Below, piece by piece: positions 57,148 through 64,000 of a stretch of DNA of 64,000 nucleotides (its first letter is position 1; each line of letters begins with the position of its first letter). The DNA is taken from NCBI GenBank assembly GCA_963741945.1, contig CAVUKA010000004.1, positions 64,001 through 128,000 on the forward strand, read 5' to 3'. The notes beneath the pieces were generated by a model that did not search any database, was not told the DNA's origin, and was given only the letters and a program-made list of their open reading frames with translations. The DNA comes from an uncultured Gemmatimonadales bacterium. Lineage in GTDB: Bacteria; Gemmatimonadota; Gemmatimonadetes; Longimicrobiales; RSA9. The position numbers and the translations under genes were made by a program.

Positions 57148-58509
57148 TTAGCGGCGGCCGAGCTCCTCCCACAGGTAGGCGGCCGAGTGCGTGCCCTTCT
57201 CGAACGCGCGCACCGCGAGCCACTCGTCCGGCGCGTGCGCGTTCTCGCCGGGCATCCCGAAGCCCATGAGCAGCACCGGCGCGTCCAGCACCTGCTCGAA
57301 TTCGGGCACGATCGGGATCGACCCCCCTTCACCGGCGTAGGCGACATCGGCGCCCCACGCTTTCTCCATCGCCCGCTCCGCGGCGGAGTACAGCTCGCTC
57401 CCCAGCGTGGCGCGCCACGGATGCCCCCCGTGCAGCGCCCGCACCTCGACCATGACGCCCTGTGGCGCGACGGCCTCGATGTGCCGCCGTGCCAGTTCCT
57501 CGATGCGCTTCGGATCCTGGTCCGGGACCAGCCGGAAGCTGATCTTCGCCATGGCACGGGAGGGGAGCACCGTCTTCGCACCCTCCCCGGTGTACCCGCT
57601 CAGCAGACCGTTCACTTCCACGGTGGGCCGGATCCACAGCCGCTCCGGGGTGCTGTAGCCCACCTCGCCCACCTCCTCCGCCCCCGTGTCGGCGCGAAAG
57701 CCTTCCACGTCGAACGGCACGTTGGCCAGCCTGGCCCGGTATTCCTCCATCGGCTGGACATCGTCGTAGAAGCCGGGAATGGTGGCGTGCCAGTTGTCGT
57801 CATGCATGGTGGCGATGATCCGTGCCAGCGCCGTGGCCGGATTCAGCACTGCGCCGCCGTAGCTCCCGCTGTGGAGGTCGGTCTTCGGGCCGCGCACGTG
57901 CACTTCCAGGTACGTCAGCCCGCGCAGCGACGTGCCGATGGTGGGGACGTCCTCCGCCACCATGGTGGTGTCGCTGATGACCACGTAATCGCAGGCGAGG
58001 CGGTCCTTATGGGCCTGTATGAAGGGCATGAGGTTCTCGCTCCCGACCTCCTCCTCTCCTTCCGCCACCACCACCACGTTGACGGGGAGGGAGCCGTTCG
58101 CCTTCATGTGCGCCTCTATGGCCTTCACATGGAGGAAGAGCTGGCCCTTGTCGTCCACCGCTCCGCGGGCGTAGATCCGACCGTCGCGCTCCTCGGGCTC
58201 GAACGGCGGCGACGTCCACTCGTCCAGCGGCTCGGGCGGCTGGACGTCATAGTGCCCGTAGATCAGCACGGTGGGCGCGCCGCCAGCCGCGCCCCGGTAC
58301 TCGCCCACGACAATGGGGAAGCCGTCCGTGGGCTCGATGGAGGTCTCCAGCCCCGCATCGCGCATCCGGTCGGCGAGCCACTCGGCGGCATTCTGCATGT
58401 CGCCGACGTTCTCAGACTTGGCGCTGATGCTCGGGATCCGGAGGAAGGCGTCCAGCTCCTCGCGGAAGCGGGACATGTTCTGGTCGATGTACTCGTGGAC
58501 GTCCGCCAT
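57148..58509 (-). CDS. M20 family dipeptidase (CNDP/Dug1-like)
   Basis: YGHYDVQP, ARGAVDDKGQ, EGEEEVGS, DLHSG, GGSIP, AHAPDE. Confidence 0.94.
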   Translation of the reverse strand: MADVHEYIDQNMSRFREELDAFLRIPSISAKSENVGDMQNAAEWLADRMRDAGLETSIEPTDGFPIVVGEYRGAAGGAPTVLIYGHYDVQPPEPLDEWTSPPFEPEERDGRIYARGAVDDKGQLFLHVKAIEAHMKANGSLPVNVVVVAEGEEEVGSENLMPFIQAHKDRLACDYVVISDTTMVAEDVPTIGTSLRGLTYLEVHVRGPKTDLHSGSYGGAVLNPATALARIIATMHDDNWHATIPGFYDDVQPMEEYRARLANVPFDVEGFRADTGAEEVGEVGYSTPERLWIRPTVEVNGLLSGYTGEGAKTVLPSRAMAKISFRLVPDQDPKRIEELARRHIEAVAPQGVMVEVRALHGGHPWRATLGSELYSAAERAMEKAWGADVAYAGEGGSIPIVPEFEQVLDAPVLLMGFGMPGENAHAPDEWLAVRAFEKGTHSAAYLWEELGRR

Positions 58510-58617
58510 GGTTGTGCCTCCGGTTCGGGTCGTGACCTGCCGCGGATGTAGCGCGAACGGACCCCCTCGGCAAGCGTGGCCGGGCCCCCTCTCCGTCCCG
58601 GCAGCCGGCCGGCGTCG

Positions 58618-59658
58618 CTAGACCGCGACCGACGCCGGCGGGAGCGTGGAGCTCAGGGTGTGCCAGTAGAGGTGGACGGCCGTCGGCTCCCGCTCCATGA
58701 GCGACAGCAGCGCGGCCGCCGTCTTGGCCGTGTACGTGGGGTCGAGCTCGATGCTGCGCTCGGCGAACCACGCCGTGGCCCGGTCCCCCGCCTCCGTGGG
58801 GTGGCCGTATCCCGCTCCGAACCAGTCGTCCACCAGCTCGACGCGCGCCAGCACTTCGTCGGCGCTCGGGAGATCCACGCCCCCACCCTCGAGGAGCCGA
58901 AGACCTCCATCCACCAGGGCCCGCAACCGGCGCGCGTTGGCCACGGTGCCCGGGACGATGCGGACACCGGTGATGACACCCGCCGGCGCGGGGAGCCCGA
59001 CGGCCGGCGCCAGCGCGCAGCCGATCGCCAGCCCCGAGATCGTGCCCAGTGTCCCCGCGGCCACGGTGATCCGGTCGGCCTGCGGGGCGACGCCGCCCGC
59101 GACCTGCTCGGCCAGCTCCAGCGCGCCGCCCACGTGGCCGAGCACCCCCAGCGGGCTCGAGCCGCCGCCGGGGATCACGTACGGGTGGTCTCGCCGCCGT
59201 CGCAGGCGCGCCGCGATTTCGGCGAACGGCAGGGTGGCCCAGCTGGAGCAGCGCCGGACCTCGTCCGCCCACGCCCGGTTGAGCGCCGCGATCTCCCGCG
59301 CGTGCGGAGTGTCCGGCTGCGGGAAGACCACGAGCGTGGTGGGAAGCCCGGCGAGGCGGCCGTGGACGGCCGTCGCCAGGCAGTGGTGCGACGCCTCCAC
59401 CCCGGAGGTGATGAGCCGCCGGTGCCCTTCCGCCCTGGCCGCCGCCACCAGGTACTCCAGCTTCCGCACCTTGTTGCCGCCGTAAAGCGGGCTGGACCGA
59501 TCGTCGCGCTTCACCCACAGCTCGCCCGTGAAGCCGCCTGCGACACCGGCCACGCGCTCCACCGCTGTGGGCCAGTCCCCCAGCGGAAGCCACGGGATCT
59601 GCGCCTCCAGACCGGGGAGTGCGCGGAAGAGCGGGTTTGATGACAGGGTGTCGTGCAT
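58618..59658 (-). CDS. D-cysteine desulfhydrase / ACC deaminase family PLP enzyme
   Basis: WVKRDD, YGGNKVRKLEYL, IPGGGS, LDPTYTAK. Confidence 0.9.
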   Translation of the reverse strand: MHDTLSSNPLFRALPGLEAQIPWLPLGDWPTAVERVAGVAGGFTGELWVKRDDRSSPLYGGNKVRKLEYLVAAARAEGHRRLITSGVEASHHCLATAVHGRLAGLPTTLVVFPQPDTPHAREIAALNRAWADEVRRCSSWATLPFAEIAARLRRRRDHPYVIPGGGSSPLGVLGHVGGALELAEQVAGGVAPQADRITVAAGTLGTISGLAIGCALAPAVGLPAPAGVITGVRIVPGTVANARRLRALVDGGLRLLEGGGVDLPSADEVLARVELVDDWFGAGYGHPTEAGDRATAWFAERSIELDPTYTAKTAAALLSLMEREPTAVHLYWHTLSSTLPPASVAV

Positions 59659-59717
59659 TCCGGCAAAGTAACAGCCGGTCTGGCGCGCGCACGTCCCTCG
59701 TCGCATGCTCACCCGGA

Positions 59718-61025
59718 ATGAACCCATCCCCGCCCGACCCGACCGCTGCGCGGAACCGCTGGCGCGGACTGCTCTCCGGGAACGTGCTCTGGCTGAGCGT
59801 CGCATCGTTCCTCAACGACGCGTCCAGCGAGATGATCTTCCCGCTCCTCCCCGCGTTCCTCGTCGGCACGCTCGGCGCGAGCGCCGTCTTCCTCGGCCTC
59901 GTGGAAGGCGTGGCGGAGACCACCGCGTCGTTCGTCAAGCTCGCGGGCGGCTGGGCGTCCGACCGCCTGCGGCGACGACGCGCCCTCGTCGCCTGGGGCT
60001 ACGCCATCGCCGCGGCCACCCGGCCCCTCATCGCCGCCGCTGTCCGCCCCTGGCACGTGCTGTCGATCCGCTTCGCCGACCGCGTCGGGAAAGGTGTCCG
60101 CACCGCGCCCCGCGACGCGCTCCTGGCCGATTCCGTTCCCGGCGACCGCCGCGGCCGCGCGTTCGGGATCCATCGCGCCGCCGACCACGCAGGCGCGGTG
60201 GTCGGACCACTCCTCGCCGCCGGCCTCCTCCTGGTCTGGCCCGGGCGGCTCCGCCTCGTGTTCCTCCTGGCCGCCATTCCCGCCGCCCTGGCGGTGGCCA
60301 TCATCGCGCTGCGCGTCCGCGAGATCCTGCCGCCAGGGACAGCAGCCGCATCAGCGCGAAGGGCCGGCCTGACCGGTGGCGGAGCGGACGCGGTCGGCGA
60401 ATCCGCCGCACCCGCCACCGCCCCTGATGCCGATTTCGCCCCGGCGAGGCTGGGACGCGGCTTCGTCGCATACCTGGCGGTGCTGGTGCTGTTCACGCTC
60501 GGCAACGCTTCCGACGCCTTCCTGCTCCTCCGCGCGCAGTCGCTCGGCGTGAGCCTCGCCCTGATCCCGATCCTTTGGGGCGCGTTCCACGTGAGCAAGA
60601 TGGGATGGAACCTCGTGGGTGGTGGCGTTGCGGATCGCATCGGGCCGGTTCCGGGCATCGTCGCCGGGTGGGTCGTCTACGCGGCCAGCTATGCCGGCTT
60701 CGCCATGGCGACGCGACCCTGGCACGCGTGGGCGCTGTTCGGCATCTACGGCCTCTTCTATGGCCTCACCGAGCCGACGGAGAAGGCGCTCGTTGCCGGA
60801 CTGGCTCCCTCGGCCGCCCGCGCCAGGGCGTTCGGCGCCTACCACTTCGCCATTGGCATCGCCGCGCTCCCCGCAAGCGTCCTCTTCGGCGCCGTCTGGG
60901 AAATCTGGAGTCCCGCCGTGGCGTTCCTGCTTGGCGCGGCGCTCGCGATCCTGGCGGCGCTCCTCCTCCCCGCTGCGGTCCGTCGGGCGGGGAGAACCGG
61001 GCGTGTGGACGCCGAAGGCTCATGA
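59718..61025 (+). CDS. MFS transporter
   Basis: SFLNDASSEM, GWASDRLRRR, DRVGKGVRTAPRDALLA, AFGIHRAAD; about 12 TM segments. Confidence 0.93.
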   Translation: MNPSPPDPTAARNRWRGLLSGNVLWLSVASFLNDASSEMIFPLLPAFLVGTLGASAVFLGLVEGVAETTASFVKLAGGWASDRLRRRRALVAWGYAIAAATRPLIAAAVRPWHVLSIRFADRVGKGVRTAPRDALLADSVPGDRRGRAFGIHRAADHAGAVVGPLLAAGLLLVWPGRLRLVFLLAAIPAALAVAIIALRVREILPPGTAAASARRAGLTGGGADAVGESAAPATAPDADFAPARLGRGFVAYLAVLVLFTLGNASDAFLLLRAQSLGVSLALIPILWGAFHVSKMGWNLVGGGVADRIGPVPGIVAGWVVYAASYAGFAMATRPWHAWALFGIYGLFYGLTEPTEKALVAGLAPSAARARAFGAYHFAIGIAALPASVLFGAVWEIWSPAVAFLLGAALAILAALLLPAAVRRAGRTGRVDAEGS

Positions 61026-61071
61026 CCCTCGGACCCGGCTGGATCCCGCCGCTCCGTCGCCGGGCCGCGCG

Positions 61072-61908
61072 TCAACCGTCCTGGTCGCCCCCTGCCGACC
61101 CGCCCTCCTCACCCGGGCCGTTCCCGGCGCGGACGTCCGAAGGCGGGCGGGGCTCCGCCCGCTCGAGGGCTTTCCAGGTCCGCGCGGCGATGGCGCGGAT
61201 CAGCTCGGCCTCGCGTTCGTCCACGCTGGCGCGGCGCACGATGGCACGGAGCGTCCGCAGCACCGCGTCCGGGTTCTTGCCACCGCGATAGAAGTTGATG
61301 GCCTGGAGGTGCCGGTCGACGTGCTCGAAGACGTCGGCCAGGTGCGCGGTGGTGGCGGGTGCCGCATCACGGCGCGGCCGGGGCAGCGGTTTCTCGCTGC
61401 CCGGTCCGGCCAGCCAGAGCTCGTAGCAGACCAGCAGCGCCGCCTGTGCCAGGTTCAGCGATGGCCGCTCGGGGTCGGTGGGCACGGTCCAGATGCGGTC
61501 GCAGCGATCGAGCTGCTCGTTCGTCAGCCCGATGTCCTCGCGGCCGAAGACAATGGCCACGGGGCCGCGGCCCGTCCCGGCGAGGCGCAGGATGTGGTCG
61601 ACACCGTCGCGCGGGTGCTCCCAGGCGTGTCGCATGGCCCTGCGCCGCGCCGTGGTGCCCACCACTTCAACCGCATCGGCCGTGGCCTCTTCCAGCGTGT
61701 CGAAGAACTCCGCCCTGTCGCGCACGATCTCGGACCCGTGGGCGATGCCTTCGATCCGGTACTCGTCCCATTCCGCGGGATTGACCAGTCGGAGCCGGCG
61801 CAGGCCGGTGTTCATCATGGCGCGGATGGTACCGGCGATGTTGACCCGGTCCTGTGGCTCGTTCAGGACGACGACGACGTTTTCCTGCAGCAGCTCTCGG
61901 TTCTCCAT
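61072..61908 (-). CDS. SPOUT RNA methyltransferase, TrmJ/LasT family
   Basis: EPQDRVNIAG..RAM.N.G, VGTTAR, FGREDIGLTNE, SLNLAQA. Confidence 0.92.
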   Translation of the reverse strand: MENRELLQENVVVVLNEPQDRVNIAGTIRAMMNTGLRRLRLVNPAEWDEYRIEGIAHGSEIVRDRAEFFDTLEEATADAVEVVGTTARRRAMRHAWEHPRDGVDHILRLAGTGRGPVAIVFGREDIGLTNEQLDRCDRIWTVPTDPERPSLNLAQAALLVCYELWLAGPGSEKPLPRPRRDAAPATTAHLADVFEHVDRHLQAINFYRGGKNPDAVLRTLRAIVRRASVDEREAELIRAIAARTWKALERAEPRPPSDVRAGNGPGEEGGSAGGDQDG

Positions 61909-61977
61909 GGCGGGTAAGGTAGCAGGTTGCGGGCGGGCGGCGGCAGGCCGGCCCCCGTCGCCCGTCCCTGCTGCGTC

Positions 61978-63264
61978 CTACCTCGCCGGCGGAGCGGTCG
62001 TCGCTTCCACCTCCACGCCAAGCAGCTCGATCTCGGTGGCCGGCTGCCACACCTGGAGGATGGGGAACCGGGCGCCGAACCAGGCGAGAGCGCCGATGAG
62101 GAGGCCCAGCATGGCCACGGCGGCGCCCACCTCCGGGAGACCGAACAGGAGCTCGGGCGCGTCGGGGTAGAGCGTCGGGTACACCAGGATGTATCGCTCC
62201 AGCCACAGGCCGAAGAGGCTGACGAACGCCACGAGGGCGAGCACCACGGGCGTCTTCTTCGCCCGCACACCGAGCAGGCTGAAGAAGGGGAGGACGAACA
62301 GGAACAGGCCGATGACGATGGAGAGCGGCCGGTACGGCGCGCCGAGCCGGTGCACCAGGAAGCTCTGCTCGTTCGGCAGCTTGCCGTACCAGATCACGAT
62401 GTACTGGGACCAGAACAGATAGGCCCAGAAGATGGAGAACGCGAAGAAGAGCTTCCCCAGGTCGTGGAGGTTCGCGCCTTCCACGTATTCCTCGAGCCCG
62501 AGCCGCCACCGGTACAGCACGGCCACCACGGCCGTCGCTGCGATCCCGCCCAGGAACGCCGCCATGAAGACGTACGGCCCAATGAGCGTGCTCAGCCATT
62601 CGGGGTCCAGCGACATGACGAAATCGATGGCGATGAAGCTGAACGCGAACGCGTAGACCAGCGCCATCGCCGGCGCCAGCCGGCTCAATCGCCGCTGCGC
62701 CCGCTCTTCCTCCAGCTCCTGCCCACTCCACCCGCGAGTCAGGCGGTCGAAAGTGCCCCAGCCGGCATCGCGCGCGAGTCCCGCGTCCGGCCGCAGCTGC
62801 CAGTACACGAAGATCAGCGAGAGCGCGAGAAGCGCCGCCAGCGAAACCACGTGCCGCCCCCACAGGAACGGCATGTTCAGGTAGGCCGCTTTCGCTCCCA
62901 CGTCCTCGTGCAGCCAGGGGAACAGGTGCGGCGCGCCCCAGATCAGGAGCGGTGGGAGCAGCAGGATGTAGGCGATGGGGAGGAACGCGCTGAACGACGC
63001 AGCAATGCGCCGGATCGGGCGGGACCACACGCCGCGGGTCATGGCGACCACGGCGGCCAGAATCACGGCGCCCTGGGCGATGCCGGCGAAGAAGATCCAG
63101 TTGTACGTGTAGGCGCGCCACGCGCGGTTCGCGTCGCCGGTCAGGGCGATGGCCCATGCAATGGCGCCCGCCGCGAACAGCACTCCCGCCGCCGCGAACA
63201 GCGGCATCGGTCGCTCCAGCCGCCGGAGCGGGTACTCCTTCAGCTCCCCGATGTCGTGCGCCAT
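61978..63264 (-). CDS. Alternative complex III membrane subunit ActF-like
   Basis: About 10 TM; WSRPIRR, YLN.PF, DFVMSLDPEWLST, HDLGKLFFAFSIFWAYLFWSQYIVIWYGKLPNE; downstream of a c-type lipoprotein. Confidence 0.85.
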   Translation of the reverse strand: MAHDIGELKEYPLRRLERPMPLFAAAGVLFAAGAIAWAIALTGDANRAWRAYTYNWIFFAGIAQGAVILAAVVAMTRGVWSRPIRRIAASFSAFLPIAYILLLPPLLIWGAPHLFPWLHEDVGAKAAYLNMPFLWGRHVVSLAALLALSLIFVYWQLRPDAGLARDAGWGTFDRLTRGWSGQELEEERAQRRLSRLAPAMALVYAFAFSFIAIDFVMSLDPEWLSTLIGPYVFMAAFLGGIAATAVVAVLYRWRLGLEEYVEGANLHDLGKLFFAFSIFWAYLFWSQYIVIWYGKLPNEQSFLVHRLGAPYRPLSIVIGLFLFVLPFFSLLGVRAKKTPVVLALVAFVSLFGLWLERYILVYPTLYPDAPELLFGLPEVGAAVAMLGLLIGALAWFGARFPILQVWQPATEIELLGVEVEATTAPPAR

Positions 63265-63265
63265 G

Positions 63266-63913
63266 CTACTCCTGCCCCTGCATTGTCGTGTCCGCCGCCG
63301 CGGCGCCGGCGGCCCCGGGCTCCGGCGGCATCACGAGGCCCGGCAGCTGCACCGGGATCGGCTCGTTCCCCTGCTGGAGGTACCGGACGTAGTTGACCAC
63401 GGCCCAGCGGTGCGACGGCGGGATCCGGTCGTAGCTCGGCATGAGGCCTCGTCCCAGCCGGATCATGCCATAGATGTAGCCGTCACTCCGGTTCACGGTG
63501 GTCGGCAGCATCAGGTTCGTCGCCAGCGGGAACTTCCCCGGCGCGACGATCGGTCCGTTCCCCACGCCCGTCGCGCCGTGGCAGACCGCGCAGTTCGTCA
63601 TGAACGTTTCCGCGCCCACCTCGAGTACCGCATCGCTCATCGGCAGCGGGTTGGTCATCGTGTCCGCCCACGCCCGGATCCCCGCGTCCGTGGACTCCAC
63701 CGCCGGCTCCCACTTCCCCCCCGGTCCGGCCACTGGAACCGAGTTCGCCGGCGCAGGACGCGGCGCCTCGTACGGATCGAAGAATGGCGCCTCGTGCATG
63801 AAGTCCAGGAACGGCACCGAGGCCATGGCGTTCTCGATGCGTGTGCACCCGCCCAGCACCAGCGTGCTCGCCGCCACCACCCCCAGCAGCGCCGCCCGAA
63901 GCTCACGCCGCAT
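63266..63913 (-). CDS. Monoheme cytochrome c lipoprotein, ActE-like
   Basis: Lipobox LGGC, CAVCH, SDGYIY..I..G.GLMPSY, RWAVVNYVR. Confidence 0.88.
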   Translation of the reverse strand: MRRELRAALLGVVAASTLVLGGCTRIENAMASVPFLDFMHEAPFFDPYEAPRPAPANSVPVAGPGGKWEPAVESTDAGIRAWADTMTNPLPMSDAVLEVGAETFMTNCAVCHGATGVGNGPIVAPGKFPLATNLMLPTTVNRSDGYIYGMIRLGRGLMPSYDRIPPSHRWAVVNYVRYLQQGNEPIPVQLPGLVMPPEPGAAGAAAADTTMQGQE

Positions 63914-64000
63914 GGTCCCCCTCCTCATCCCACGGCTGCACTTCCACCGCCCCGTTCTCCTTCAGGATCCGGCTCGCGTCCTCGCCCCGCCCTTCCGGCG
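63903..64000 (-). CDS. C-terminus of upstream gene, probably ActD (DUF3341), 5'-truncated by window edge
   Basis: Manual translation PEGRGEDASRILKENGAVEVQPWDEEGDHAA*; the 'L...GA.EV' ending and position before actE fit ActD. Confidence 0.6.
   Translation of the reverse strand, partial: PEGRGEDASRILKENGAVEVQPWDEEGDHAA

Noticed and set aside
58618-59658. True ACC deaminase (acdS)
   Set aside because: Only family-level motifs are visible; I cannot verify the residues that separate AcdS from D-cysteine desulfhydrase.
1-64000. tRNA/rRNA genes, IS elements, integrases, prophage or defence genes
   Set aside because: None recognised by eye; intergenic gaps are short and no sustained low-GC island is visible. 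Small RNAs could have been missed without a covariance search.

Overview
A very GC-rich bacterial chromosome segment with about 57 genes, mostly housekeeping. The gene content and style (ATP-type PEP carboxykinase, MaeB, a short RpoD-like sigma factor, alternative complex III, TonB-plug lipoprotein, many TPR proteins) suggest Gemmatimonadota; this is an inference, not a database result. Recognisable blocks: maeB-pckA; an Omp85-family gene followed by a compact methyltransferase / FAD oxidoreductase / SRPBCC cyclase / FabF-like ketosynthase cluster with no ACP or chain-length factor; a sigma-70 factor with a near-consensus promoter; ssb; a TolC-MFP-RND efflux operon; polA; a cold-shock protein; a TPR lytic transglycosylase; an orphan exbB/tolQ; an Opp/Dpp ABC transporter; a LipM/LplA-family ligase with gcvP and gcvH; peptidases; two acyl-CoA dehydrogenases; an amidase; a GroES-like gene and hslO; and the 3' end of an alternative complex III operon. 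I found no rRNA, tRNA, CRISPR array, transposase or prophage gene. Most interesting: (1) the ACP-less ketosynthase/cyclase/tailoring mini-cluster; (2) a translationally coupled pseudo-receiver-AraC + TPR pair; (3) a 73-aa stand-alone HisKA protein; (4) an orphan GroES with an enlarged dome loop, followed by a terminator 9 nt before hslO; (5) two frameshifted gene remnants, a 36-37 bp tandem repeat and a proofreading-degenerate PolA. All functional calls come from motif recognition by eye. Many start codons were trimmed from the ORF track and are best estimates.
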